The notes beneath the pieces are model-generated. The model did not search any database. It had not been told where the DNA came from and saw only the letters and a program-made list of their open reading frames with translations. From an uncultured Acidobacteriota bacterium (GTDB lineage: Bacteria > Acidobacteriota > Thermoanaerobaculia > Multivoradales > UBA5704), in assembly GCA_963700145.1 (NCBI GenBank), contig OY969474.1, forward strand, positions 736,001-800,000: DNA of 64,000 nt, written 5' to 3'. Shown one piece after another: positions 53,550 to 63,156 of the stretch (position 1 is its first letter; each line of letters opens with the position of its first letter). Made by a program: the position numbers and the translations under genes.

Positions 53550-54311
53550 ATGATCGTCACCATCGCCAATCAGAAGGGCGGGGTCGGCAAGACGACGACC
53601 GCCATCAATCTCGCCGCGGCCCTCGCCAACAAGGGATTGAAGACGCTGCTGGTGGATCTCGACCCGCAGGCCAACAGCTCGATGTCCTTCCTGGACGTCC
53701 ATCAGCTGAACGGCGGCTCGATCTACGACGCGCTGACGGACCAGGGCGTCCGCTTGAGCGAGGTACTGCGGCCCGCCGAGAAGATCCCCAACCTCCACAT
53801 CGCCCCGTCGAACATCGCGCTGGCGAAGATCGAGTCGAAGCTGCTGGGGGAGCTCGACAGCCACTACCGTCTGAAGGACGCGCTGCAGCCGGTGCAGGAT
53901 GCCTTCCCGTACGTCGTCATCGACACGCCGCCGACCCTCGGGATCATCACCGTCAACGCCCTGGTCGCGGCGACGCACGTGCTGATCCCGATCCAGGCGA
54001 GCTACTTCGCCTTGGAGGGGACCGACGACCTGCTGGAGACGATCGACAAGATCAAGCTGCGGGCGAACCCGCAGCTCCAGATCCTGGGAGCGCTGATCAC
54101 CCTCTACGACAAGCGGACCTTGCTGGCCAAAGACATCCACGACCAGATCCGCAAGGTCTTTGGCGACAAGCTCTTCAACACGGTCATCACCAAGAGCGTG
54201 CGACTGGAGGAGAGTCCGGCCTACCGCGAGTCGATCTTCACTTTCGCCCCGCGCTCCACTGGGGCGTTCGAGTACTACCAGCTCTCCGAGGAGGTCCTCA
54301 GCCGTGTCTGA
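53550..54311 (+). CDS. parA: ParA/Soj-family ATPase
   Basis: NQKGGVGKTTT, DLDPQAN, IDTPP, ALEG. Confidence 0.93.
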   Translation: MIVTIANQKGGVGKTTTAINLAAALANKGLKTLLVDLDPQANSSMSFLDVHQLNGGSIYDALTDQGVRLSEVLRPAEKIPNLHIAPSNIALAKIESKLLGELDSHYRLKDALQPVQDAFPYVVIDTPPTLGIITVNALVAATHVLIPIQASYFALEGTDDLLETIDKIKLRANPQLQILGALITLYDKRTLLAKDIHDQIRKVFGDKLFNTVITKSVRLEESPAYRESIFTFAPRSTGAFEYYQLSEEVLSRV

Positions 54312-55170
54312 GCCGGCCAAGAAGCGCGGTCTGCCGATGAGGGTCAAGATGCGCCACGACACCCACTTCGTGGAGGCGCTGACGGCCCGCCACGAGACCC
54401 CGGTCGGCCGGATGCTGCCCCTCGCCGCGATCGCCCCGGACCCCAAGCAGCCGCGCACCGCGATGGGAGAGCTGGCCGAGCTCGTCGGCTCAATCCGGGA
54501 TAAGGGGGTGCTCGAGCCGATCCTCGTCCGTCCGCTGCCCGAGGCCGAGCTCGGTCCGGGCGGCCCGGTCTACCGCATCATCTCCGGCGAGCGCCGCTAC
54601 CGCGCCGCGCAGGAGGCGGGGCTCTTCGAGATCCCGGCGATCGAGATGGAGGTGAGCGAGCAGGAGGCGCTGGAGATCGCGCTCGTCGAGAACCTCCAGC
54701 GCAAGGACCTCACGCCGTTCGAAGAGGCCGAGGGGTACCGCGCCCTCGCCGAGCGGCACGGCTACACCCACGAGGAGATCGCCGAGGCGGTGGGGAGGTC
54801 GCGCAGCCTCGTTACCGAGAGCCTCTCCCTTCTCGCCATGCCGCCGCGGGTCCGCGACACCGTCCAGGCGCTCGGCCTCGGGGCGCGGTCCCTGCTCCTG
54901 GAGGTCCTCAAGGCCGGCGACGAGACCGAGATGCTCCGGCTGCTCGAAGAGGTCGCGACGCGCGGCCTCAACCGCGACGACCTGCGCCGCCGGCTGCGCA
55001 AGGAGCAGCCGGGCCATGGCGGCCGTCGGAAGCCGTTCACCTTCAAGTTCCGCTCGCCCGACAGGAAGTACAGCCTCGCCGTGAGCTTCCGGCAGAGCGA
55101 GGTCGACCGCGACGACCTGATCCGGGCCCTAGAGCAGGTCCTGGCCGACCTCCGAAAGGCGCGGGAGTAG
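54304..55170 (+). CDS. parB: ParB-family protein
   Basis: QPR, GVLEPILVR, ISGERRYRAA, ALVENLQRKDL, HTH. The N-terminus (MRHDTHFVE) is atypical. Confidence 0.9.
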   Translation: MSEPAKKRGLPMRVKMRHDTHFVEALTARHETPVGRMLPLAAIAPDPKQPRTAMGELAELVGSIRDKGVLEPILVRPLPEAELGPGGPVYRIISGERRYRAAQEAGLFEIPAIEMEVSEQEALEIALVENLQRKDLTPFEEAEGYRALAERHGYTHEEIAEAVGRSRSLVTESLSLLAMPPRVRDTVQALGLGARSLLLEVLKAGDETEMLRLLEEVATRGLNRDDLRRRLRKEQPGHGGRRKPFTFKFRSPDRKYSLAVSFRQSEVDRDDLIRALEQVLADLRKARE

Positions 55171-55277
55171 CCGCAGGAGGAGGGGGGTCCCCGGCGTTTT
55201 GCCGCCTGCTCCAATTGGCCGATAAGGATTATTATGTCAACCCGCGACGGGCAGCGGATCGGGCGCGCATCGAGCCC

Positions 55278-55724
55278 CTACTGTGCAGCCCACTCCGCGG
55301 CGAGGTCCTCGTCCTCCTCCAGCCGCAGTCCGACCAGCTCCACACCGGTAGGCCCTCTCTCTTCCAGCGCCCGCTGGATCCACAGCACCAAGTTCTCGCT
55401 CGACGGCACCAACCCGCCAGCGCCGAACTCCGGCAGGGCGTGGTTGAGGTGCTGGTGGTCGAGGCGGTCGAGGACGGCTTGCGTGACCCAGGCGTCGAGC
55501 GCGGCGAGGTCGACGACGAAGCCGGTCGTCGGGTCGACCGCCCCGGCGACCTGGACGTAGAGCCGGTAGTTGTGCCCGTGCCCCGGCAGGTTGGCGCAGC
55601 GGCCGAAGCGGGCGCGGTTTTCCTCCTCGCTCCACTCGGGGCGGCGGTAGAGATGGCTGGCGCTGAAGCGGTAACGCCGCTCGAGACGGACCCGCGGCGG
55701 CTCGGGGGTGCCGGAGGGCTCCAT
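55278..55724 (-). CDS. 6-pyruvoyl-tetrahydropterin synthase / QueD family
   Basis: FSASH, C...HGHNY, GFVVDL, LDH..LN, SSENL. Confidence 0.88.
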   Translation of the reverse strand: MEPSGTPEPPRVRLERRYRFSASHLYRRPEWSEEENRARFGRCANLPGHGHNYRLYVQVAGAVDPTTGFVVDLAALDAWVTQAVLDRLDHQHLNHALPEFGAGGLVPSSENLVLWIQRALEERGPTGVELVGLRLEEDEDLAAEWAAQ

Positions 55725-55739
55725 TAGAATCGCGGGCGC

Positions 55740-58163
55740 GTGAGGCTGCGGATCGATCGCTACATCGTCGCCGAGATTGCCGGTCCCCTGGCGCTCGGGT
55801 TCCTAGTCTACACGTTCATCCTGCTGCTCCGATTCCTCTTCACCTCGGCGGAGATGATCATCCGGCGGGGGCTGCCGGTGGCCACGGTCGGCCAGCTGCT
55901 GCTCACGACCCTGCCCAACATCGTCGTCCTGACGATCCCGATGTCGCTCCTCTTCGGCATCCTGATCGCCATCGGGCGGATGGCCTCCGACAGCGAGCTG
56001 ATCGCCCTGCGCTCCTGCGGCGTGAGCCTGCTCACCCTCTACCGGCCGGTGCTGGCGATCTCGGCGTTCTTCACCCTGGCCAACACGGCGCTGATGGTCT
56101 GGGCGCTCCCCTGGGGCAACTCGTCGCTGCAGCAGCTGCGGCTCGACATCCTCACCCAGACCGTCTCGCAGCAGGTGCAGCCGCGGGTCTTCTACGAGGA
56201 GTGGGACCCCTACGTGGTCTATGTCTTCGAGGTGCCGCCCGGGCAGAGCCGCTGGAAGGGCGTGTTCCTCGCCGAGTCGATCCCCTCGGCCGACGACAAC
56301 CAGATCACCACCGCCGAATGGGGCGAGGTGAAGGTCGAGGAGCAGGGCGAGCGGGTGGTGCTCCAGCTCTACAACGCCATCCGCCACAAGGTGGACCTGA
56401 GCTCTCCGGGCCGTTACGAGATCAGCCGCCACCGCCGTCTGGAGCTGGTGCTGGAGGACCAGTTCACCTCGACCCAGCGGGCCAAGGTCTCGGTCTCGAA
56501 GGGGGTGCGCGAGCTCACGCTAGCCGAGCTGCGCGACCTGCGCGACGACCCGGCGGCGTCCAGCGAGCAGCGCAACCTGGCGGAGGTCGAGATCCACAAG
56601 AAGTTCGCGATCCCGGTCGCTTGCCTGGTCTTCGGCCTCTTCGCCCTGCCGCTTGGCTTCAACAACCGGCGCGGCGGCAAGGCCTCCGGGTTCGCCCTCT
56701 CGATCGCCGTCATCGTCGTCTACTACGTCCTGCTAGCGAACGGCGAAGAGGCGGCGCGCTACGGCCGGCTCCCCGCCTGGGCGGGCATATGGGCGCCGAA
56801 CCTGATCCTGGCGGCGGCGGGGGTCTTCCTGCTGGCGCGGCGCAACCGCGACAAGGGGCTGCTGTTGAGCGGCATCGACCGCTGGCTGCGGCACAAGGTC
56901 TGGCCGGTGCTGCTGGCGGTGCCGCGACTCACCCGCCGCTGGCGGCGCCGCCGCGAGGAAGCCGGCCAGGGTCCGCCGGCGGCGCCCGCGCCGGCGACCG
57001 CTCGCGCCGCGCACCCACGGCGTGGCCGCCGAGCCGGGCTGGTCTTCCGCCTCCCCCGCCCGCGCATCACCTTCCCCAGCCTCCTCGACCGCTACGTGGC
57101 GCGGCAGTTCGCCGGAGTGTTCCTGCTCGTCGTCCTCTCGGGGGTGACTCTCTACGTCATCGCCGACCTCTCCGAGACAATCGACGAGATCCTCAAGAAC
57201 AAGGTGCCGCGCGACATGGTCTTCGACTACTACAAGTACATGTCGCTGCAGATCTTCTACGACATCGCGCCGATCGTGGTGCTGGTGACGACCCTGATCA
57301 CCTTCTCGCTGCTGTCGCGCACCAGCGAGGTCACCGCCTGCAAGGCGCTCGGCCTCTCGCTCTACCGGCTCTCGCTCCCCGCCCTCGCCTGGGCGGTCCT
57401 GATCGTCGTGCTCGCGGCCTTCCTGCAGTCCGAGGTCCTGCCCGCCTCGAACGAGCGGGTGGCGCAGCTCAAGGACCGCATCCGCGGCCGCGAGGCGGCG
57501 CGCACCTACCGCCGCGCCGATCGCCAGTGGCTCTTCGGCCAGGGCCGCTACATCTACAACTACATCCACTACGATCCGGCGCGGCAGGGCCTGCAGCGCC
57601 TGCAGGTCTTCGACTTCGACCCCGAGCACCAGCTCCGCCGGCGGTTGGTAACCGACCGCGCCACCTACGACCCGAACCGCGAGGCCTGGCTCTTCGAGAA
57701 CGGCTGGGCGCGCTCGTTCGCCGGCGTCGAGGTCACCGACTACGTCCGCTTCGAGGAGCCGCTAGTGGTCCGCTTCCCGGAGACCCCCGACTACTTCGAC
57801 TCCGAGATGCGCCCGCCGGAGCAGATGCGCTTCGGCGAGCTCAAGGACTACGTGCGGGAGCTCGAGGAGAGCGGCCAGCCGGTGCCGGAGCTGCTGGTCG
57901 AGCTGTACAACAAGATCGCCTATCCGGTGGTGTCGCTGGTGATGGCGCTGGTCGCGCTCCCGTTCGCCTTCCGCCTCGGGCGGCAGGGGGCGCTCTACGG
58001 GGTGGGGATCTCGATCGCCCTGGGGATGGCGTTCCTCGGCATCTACGCCTTCTTCACCACCCTCGGCGAGACCGGGGCGCTGCCGCCGGTGGCCGCGGTG
58101 TGGAGCCCGAGCGCCGTCTTCGCGATCCTGTCCGCCTACCTCTTCCTCGGGGTGAGGACCTAG
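55740..58163 (+). CDS. Fused LptF-LptG LPS export permease
   Basis: Two halves, each starting I/LDRY, with SDSELIAL and TSEVTACKALG motifs. Confidence 0.88.
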   Translation: MRLRIDRYIVAEIAGPLALGFLVYTFILLLRFLFTSAEMIIRRGLPVATVGQLLLTTLPNIVVLTIPMSLLFGILIAIGRMASDSELIALRSCGVSLLTLYRPVLAISAFFTLANTALMVWALPWGNSSLQQLRLDILTQTVSQQVQPRVFYEEWDPYVVYVFEVPPGQSRWKGVFLAESIPSADDNQITTAEWGEVKVEEQGERVVLQLYNAIRHKVDLSSPGRYEISRHRRLELVLEDQFTSTQRAKVSVSKGVRELTLAELRDLRDDPAASSEQRNLAEVEIHKKFAIPVACLVFGLFALPLGFNNRRGGKASGFALSIAVIVVYYVLLANGEEAARYGRLPAWAGIWAPNLILAAAGVFLLARRNRDKGLLLSGIDRWLRHKVWPVLLAVPRLTRRWRRRREEAGQGPPAAPAPATARAAHPRRGRRAGLVFRLPRPRITFPSLLDRYVARQFAGVFLLVVLSGVTLYVIADLSETIDEILKNKVPRDMVFDYYKYMSLQIFYDIAPIVVLVTTLITFSLLSRTSEVTACKALGLSLYRLSLPALAWAVLIVVLAAFLQSEVLPASNERVAQLKDRIRGREAARTYRRADRQWLFGQGRYIYNYIHYDPARQGLQRLQVFDFDPEHQLRRRLVTDRATYDPNREAWLFENGWARSFAGVEVTDYVRFEEPLVVRFPETPDYFDSEMRPPEQMRFGELKDYVRELEESGQPVPELLVELYNKIAYPVVSLVMALVALPFAFRLGRQGALYGVGISIALGMAFLGIYAFFTTLGETGALPPVAAVWSPSAVFAILSAYLFLGVRT

Positions 58164-59419
58164 AAGCGGGAGAGGTCCCGCCCGAAGAGCATCGCCTTCG
58201 CCCAGTCGAAGAGGACCTTCACCTTGTTGGCCGGCGATACCAGCTTCGTGAGATAGACCGAACGCCAGAAGAGCCAGGCGGCGCGGCCGCTCCACTTGAC
58301 GTGCGGCAGGTCGGCGAGCGCCTGGCCGGCGCCGATGTAGGCGAGCATGCCGGCCGAGCGGAAGCGGAACGGGCCGACGGGCCGGCCGCGGCGGCCGCGG
58401 TCCAACGCCTTCGCCAGGTACTCCCCCTGCTGCTGCGCCACCTGGGCGGTGGCTGGAAGCCCCAGCTCCCCCACCGCCGCGCAATCGCCCAGAGCGTAGA
58501 CCCCAGATCGTCCCGCTAGCCGCAGGTGGTCATCGACACGGATCCGTCCGCGTGGCGTCAGCGGCTCTCCGAGCGCGGCGACGAGCGGGACGGGGGCGTT
58601 CCCTCCCGCCCAGAGGACCAGGCCGGCGGGGAGGAAGCCGCCGTCGCGCAGCCGCACGCCGTCGCGCTCGACCGCCGACACCGCGGTGGCGAGGCGCACC
58701 TCGATCCCTTCGCGCTGGAAATGGCGGTGGGCGTAGGCGCCGAGCGCCGCGTCGAAGCCGCCCAGCATCCGCTCGGCCGCCTCGACCAGCACCACCCGCC
58801 CCCGCGGCGCCAGCTCGGGATAGCTCGCGGCCAGCTCGCCGGTGAGGAGGTCGTGCACCTCGGCCGCGACCTCCACGCCCGTCGCGCCGCCGCCGCAGAC
58901 GACGAAGGTCAACCGCCGCGCCACCTCCTCGTCGGAGAGCCCGGGCACCTCGGCGCGCGCGAACTGGTCGAGGATGCCGCGCCGCACCGCCCGCGCGTCC
59001 TCGACGCTCGCCAGGGTCAGCGCGTGCTCGCGCACGCCGGGAACGCCGTAGTCCGCCACCCCGGCACCCACGGCGATCGCCAGCAGGTCGAAGAGCAGGG
59101 CGAAGCGCTCCTCCCCCACCGCCGAGACGCACTCCACGCGACGCGCCTGCCAATCGACGCGCTCCGCCCGTCCCTCGATCAGCCGCACCTGCCGCAGGCG
59201 CCGGCGCACCGGCTCGAGAATGCTGCGCAACTCGACGGTGCCGGCGGCGGCCGAGGGGAGGAGAGGCGTGAAGAGGAAGTAGTTGCGCGGCGAGAGGAGC
59301 GTGACGTCGAAGCGGCCGCGCGGCAGGCGCCGCAGGAGGGAGAAGCCGGCGAAGCCCGAGCCGAGGACCAGGAGCTTCGGCGGCGCGGCGGCCGAGCTCT
59401 TGCCGCCGGCTGGATCGCT
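58160..59419 (-). CDS. ndh: Type II NADH dehydrogenase-like flavoprotein; no canonical start codon
   Basis: The frame is open upstream of 59230 and reads KLLVLGSGFAG..SPRNYFLFTPLL. Also VCGGGATGVE, ALGD, ATAQVAQQQG, FGRDLSRF. Confidence 0.85.
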   Translation of the reverse strand, partial: SDPAGGKSSAAAPPKLLVLGSGFAGFSLLRRLPRGRFDVTLLSPRNYFLFTPLLPSAAAGTVELRSILEPVRRRLRQVRLIEGRAERVDWQARRVECVSAVGEERFALLFDLLAIAVGAGVADYGVPGVREHALTLASVEDARAVRRGILDQFARAEVPGLSDEEVARRLTFVVCGGGATGVEVAAEVHDLLTGELAASYPELAPRGRVVLVEAAERMLGGFDAALGAYAHRHFQREGIEVRLATAVSAVERDGVRLRDGGFLPAGLVLWAGGNAPVPLVAALGEPLTPRGRIRVDDHLRLAGRSGVYALGDCAAVGELGLPATAQVAQQQGEYLAKALDRGRRGRPVGPFRFRSAGMLAYIGAGQALADLPHVKWSGRAAWLFWRSVYLTKLVSPANKVKVLFDWAKAMLFGRDLSRF

Positions 59420-60776
59420 AGGCGAAGCGCAGCTCCGGGTTGGCGCGCGCCCGGTTCAGGAAATCGGCGACGCTGCGCACCAGCTCCAGCCCCGCCTCCT
59501 CCATCTCCGCCGCCCGGCGGAAGACGATGAGCGCCGCCAGCGCCTCGCGGTGGATGCGGCGGGAGGTGAAGACGGGCAGCATCTCCTCGGCCAGGCGGCG
59601 GACCTGGGCGGCGCGCCCCTGCGCGGCGTAGAGGGCGGCGAGGTCCAGGCTCACGAGCGCTGCGTCGTAGTCGAGATGCTGCTCGAGGAACCCCTCGCGC
59701 GCCTCGCGATAGGCGGCCTCGGCTTGGTCCGCCCGTCCCAGCCCGTAAGCCACGGTCCCCTCCACCCAGCGCAGGCGGGTCAGCCAGACCCGGCCGCCGT
59801 GCTCGAGGTAGAGCGGCCGGGTGTGGAAGAGAAGGGCGAAGGCCTCGCGGTGCTGGCCGGTGTCGTTGAGACCGAGGATGAGGTTGTGGCGCACCGCGAG
59901 CGCCATCCGCGGGTCCTCGCGCGGGTCGAGGTGGTCGAGGGCGGCGCGCAGCAGCTCGATGGCGGTGGCGTTGTCGCCCGCCTCCCCGCAGACGCCGGCC
60001 TTCTGCGCCAGGCCGCGGCCGTAGAGGTGGCGCTGCCCGAGCTGGCGGTAGATCCCGATCACCCGGTCGAGAAGGCGCAGCGAGTCGTCGAACCGCCGCT
60101 GGTCCTTGCGCAGCGACGCCTTCCAGTCGAGCACGCGCGCGCGGTCCAGCAGGTCGCCGACCTCGCCGGTCACCAACAGCTCGGCCTGGCCGATCGCCAG
60201 CTCGGCCGCCTGCTGATTGCCGCGCACGCGGTGGGCGTTGCCGAGCGTCCCCCAACAGCGGGCGGAGAGACCGCGCAGCTCCTCGCCGTCGCCCGCCGCT
60301 TCCAGCCGCTCCACCACCTGCTGCGCCAGCTCGGCGAGCTCCACCGCCCGCTCCCCGTCCTGGAAGCAGGCCTCCTGGCTCTTGGCGAGGAGCAGCTCGC
60401 CGAGCGACCGGTTGGCGAAGCGCGTGCTGTTGCGCACCAGCATCTGCTGCCGGCTCGCCGGGTGCTGCTCCAGCTCGAGCCAGAGCTGCTCGGCGGCGGA
60501 CTGCTCGCGCTCGATCGCTCCGCGCCGGCGCTCGACGCTGCGGAAGGCGCCGTCGATGGCGCGGTCGTAGGCGGCCTCGAGCTCGGGAGACAGCGCGGCG
60601 AGCAGCGCCTCGTCCTCTTCGTCCGCGCCGGCGAAGGTGAAGATCCCCCCCGCCTCCTCCCGGCAGGCGGCGCAGCCGCTCAGCAGGTGGCGGAGCACCC
60701 GGCGCGATTCCGGCCCCGGGAGCTCGGCCCGCAGGAAACGCTCGAGCTGCTCGCGCGGCGGGTGCACGTCAGCCAT
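59418..60776 (-). CDS. Zinc-finger (HxxxCxxC-like) anti-sigma N-terminus plus TPR protein, copy 1
   Basis: HPPREQLERF...RHLLSGCAAC followed by about 350 aa of TPR-like helices. No TM segment. Overlaps the upstream ECF gene. Confidence 0.75.
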   Translation of the reverse strand: MADVHPPREQLERFLRAELPGPESRRVLRHLLSGCAACREEAGGIFTFAGADEEDEALLAALSPELEAAYDRAIDGAFRSVERRRGAIEREQSAAEQLWLELEQHPASRQQMLVRNSTRFANRSLGELLLAKSQEACFQDGERAVELAELAQQVVERLEAAGDGEELRGLSARCWGTLGNAHRVRGNQQAAELAIGQAELLVTGEVGDLLDRARVLDWKASLRKDQRRFDDSLRLLDRVIGIYRQLGQRHLYGRGLAQKAGVCGEAGDNATAIELLRAALDHLDPREDPRMALAVRHNLILGLNDTGQHREAFALLFHTRPLYLEHGGRVWLTRLRWVEGTVAYGLGRADQAEAAYREAREGFLEQHLDYDAALVSLDLAALYAAQGRAAQVRRLAEEMLPVFTSRRIHREALAALIVFRRAAEMEEAGLELVRSVADFLNRARANPELRFA

Positions 60777-61305
60777 GGCGACTCTCCTTTACGACACCTG
60801 CGGCGACGAGCTGGCGCATCAGGGCGGCCAGGCAGCGGTTGGTGATCTTGCCGATGCTGGAGGTGCGATAGCCGAGGCGTTGCGCCAGCTCCGGCGCTTC
60901 GTAGCCCTGCTGATAGCGGAGCTGCAGGAGATTGCGGCAGCGCTGCGGCAAGCGTTGGATCAGGTGCTCGATGTCGCGGCGCAGGTCGGCGTCCTCCTGG
61001 ACCAGCGCCTGCGGCCGGGCCAGCCACTCGAGCATGGCGTCGTCGACCGCGTCGTAGACCCGCCGGCGCCGGTCGCGCCAGTAGAGGAGGCACTTGTGGC
61101 GGAGCGTGCCGGCCAGCCAGGCGGCGGGATCGCGAACCTCCCCCGCGCGATGGACGAAGGCGAGCAGCGCCTGCTGCAGGAGGTCCTCGGCGTCCTCGGG
61201 GGGGATGCGGTAACGGAAGAAGACGCACTTGAGCCGCGGCCGCACCCGTTCCAGGAACAGCTCCCAGGAGGAGCCGTCTACGTGCGGTTGGTCTAGGACG
61301 CTCAT
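60769..61305 (-). CDS. ECF sigma factor, copy 1
   Basis: DAEDLLQ region 2, AWL, LPQRCRNLLQLRY..G...ELAQRLG region 4. Confidence 0.85.
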   Translation of the reverse strand: MSVLDQPHVDGSSWELFLERVRPRLKCVFFRYRIPPEDAEDLLQQALLAFVHRAGEVRDPAAWLAGTLRHKCLLYWRDRRRRVYDAVDDAMLEWLARPQALVQEDADLRRDIEHLIQRLPQRCRNLLQLRYQQGYEAPELAQRLGYRTSSIGKITNRCLAALMRQLVAAGVVKESRHG

Positions 61306-61422
61306 CGTGCCGCGCAGGGCTATAGGGTGTCTGCGAAGACACTACCACCCTGGCCGGACTCTTGTCCAGCCGCGCGGCTACCGGGCGGGAGGTTTAGCCG
61401 CTAGCCGTCGTCGGCCCCGGCG

Positions 61423-61641
61423 CTAGCGGCCGCCATTGCCGTCAATGCGGCTGCCGACCGCACTAACCACTTTCGTGAAGCGCGTCCAGATCTCCTGCAG
61501 GAGGCCGTGGGTGGCCACGAAGCGCCCCTGCACCGGGTCGCTGTCCCGCCACCGGGCCGCCTGCGCGGGTCCGGCGGCGAGCAGTGAGACGGCGGCGGTG
61601 AGGGCGAATGCGGCGAAGCCGCGGCGCAGTCTGCTCGTCAT
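61423..61641 (-). CDS. Small secreted peptide 1 (72 aa), C-terminal GSRIDGNGGR
   Basis: GAAGGAG RBS, basic N-terminus, hydrophobic core, AQA cleavage motif. Confidence 0.7.
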   Translation of the reverse strand: MTSRLRRGFAAFALTAAVSLLAAGPAQAARWRDSDPVQGRFVATHGLLQEIWTRFTKVVSAVGSRIDGNGGR

Positions 61642-61809
61642 GTCTCTTTCTCCTTCGTTTGCAAGCATTAACGTAAATCCGCCAGGGTTCGGCGGAAGTT
61701 CCCTCTCCCTCAACATGAGTTGCCGATGGTAGGGCTGCGGAGGACAAGGCCGCCCCCTTTTCTGCGGGCGGCGGCCTGGAAGAACGGCCGAAGGGCTGCC
61801 GGCGGGGGG

Positions 61810-63156
61810 CTAGCCGGCGTCGCGGAGCTTCAACCCCGCCTGCACGCGGGTGCGGCAGAGCAGGTCGCCTACCTCGCGCACCAGGCCGACGGTCACCCGC
61901 TCCCGCACCGCGGCGCGTTGCAGGACCGTGAGCGCGACGAGCGCCTCGCGCTGGACGTCGCGCGCCGCGAAGAGCGGCAGGATCTCCTCGGCCATGTGCC
62001 GGACCTCGCCGGTCCGCCCCTGCTTGAGGTAGACCTCGATGAGGTCGAGGGACACGAGGCCGACGTCGTATCCCAGGTCGCGGGCCAGCATCTGCTCCCG
62101 CACCGCCAGGAGCCCGGCCTCCGCCTCCTCCAGCCGGCCGGCGCCGCGGGCGAGCTTCGCCTCCAGCCAGCCGACGCGCAGCCGCCCGAGCCGGTCCTCG
62201 AAGCGGTCGTAGAGGGGCCGGGCGCTCTCGAAGGCGGCCGTGGCTTCCTCCAACCGCCCGCTCTCGACGAGGTAGTGGATCAGGTTGTGATGGCCGGCGA
62301 CCACCAGGCGGAACTCGGCCGCGGGATCGCTGAGCTCGAGGCCGCGACGCAGGGTCTCGATCGCCCCGGCGGCGTCCCCGGAGTGGCCGAGGAAGACCCC
62401 CTTGCCGATCAAGCCCTTGCCCGCGAGGTGCCGGTCGCCCGCCCGCCGCGCCAGGGCCACGCCGCGGTCGAGGAGGCGGAAAGCCTCGGCGAAACGACGC
62501 TGGTCGCCGAGCAGCGAGGCCTTCGACAGCAGCAGCGTCGCCTTCTCGAGCGGGTCGCCCGTGCCTTGGCGCAGCAGCCGCTCGGCGCGGAGGAAGGCCG
62601 CGGTGGCGTCGCGGAAGTGGGAGCGGATGCGGCGCGCCGTGCCGAGAGCGGTCCAGGCGCGCGCCATCAAGTCGTGTGTCCGCTCGGAGCCGTACGCGGC
62701 GGCGTCGAGCTTCGCGGTCGCCGTCACCGCCAGCTCGGCCAGCTCCACCGCGCGCCCCGCGTCGTGGAAGCCGGCTTCCTGGGCCGCTTCGATCAGCCGC
62801 GCGCAGAACGACCAGGTGCGGTAGCGGGCGCTCTGCCCCACCAGCATCCGCTGCCGCTCGAAGGGGTGAGTGGCGAGGCCGTCGAGCAACTCCCCCGCCG
62901 CCGCCTGCTCCTCGGCGATCTCGAGCTGGCGCGCCATGACCGCGCGCTCGGCGCGCACGAAGGCGTCGTCGTAGTCGGCCATCCGGGGGCGCCGGGCACC
63001 CGGCGCCGCGGCGGGCGGGAAGAGCGCCGCCGCCACCTCGGCACAGGCGGAGCAACCGCGCAGCAGGTGGCGGATGAGGGCGCGGACTTCCGATCGCGGC
63101 AGCTCGACACGCCCGAGCTGCAGCAGCGTCGCCCGCTCAGGATGGCTTCGACTCAT
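61810..63156 (-). CDS. Zinc-finger anti-sigma N-terminus plus TPR protein, copy 2
   Basis: HPERATL...RHLLRGCSAC. Paralogous to copy 1 (HP..RQ.MLV, HNLI, YD..LVSLDL, REAL.AL). Confidence 0.75.
   Translation of the reverse strand: MSRSHPERATLLQLGRVELPRSEVRALIRHLLRGCSACAEVAAALFPPAAAPGARRPRMADYDDAFVRAERAVMARQLEIAEEQAAAGELLDGLATHPFERQRMLVGQSARYRTWSFCARLIEAAQEAGFHDAGRAVELAELAVTATAKLDAAAYGSERTHDLMARAWTALGTARRIRSHFRDATAAFLRAERLLRQGTGDPLEKATLLLSKASLLGDQRRFAEAFRLLDRGVALARRAGDRHLAGKGLIGKGVFLGHSGDAAGAIETLRRGLELSDPAAEFRLVVAGHHNLIHYLVESGRLEEATAAFESARPLYDRFEDRLGRLRVGWLEAKLARGAGRLEEAEAGLLAVREQMLARDLGYDVGLVSLDLIEVYLKQGRTGEVRHMAEEILPLFAARDVQREALVALTVLQRAAVRERVTVGLVREVGDLLCRTRVQAGLKLRDAG

Noticed and set aside
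55740-58163. LptF-LptG fusion and long LptC/A protein as novelties
   Set aside because: To my knowledge such fusions are common in Acidobacteriota, so I treated them as lineage housekeeping.
61665-61705. ECF promoter (GGAAC...CGTT) upstream of peptide 1
   Set aside because: The candidate -35/-10 spacings are about 12 or 23 bp rather than 15-17. The region also forms a small TCCGCC/GGCGGA hairpin, so the call is not supportable.
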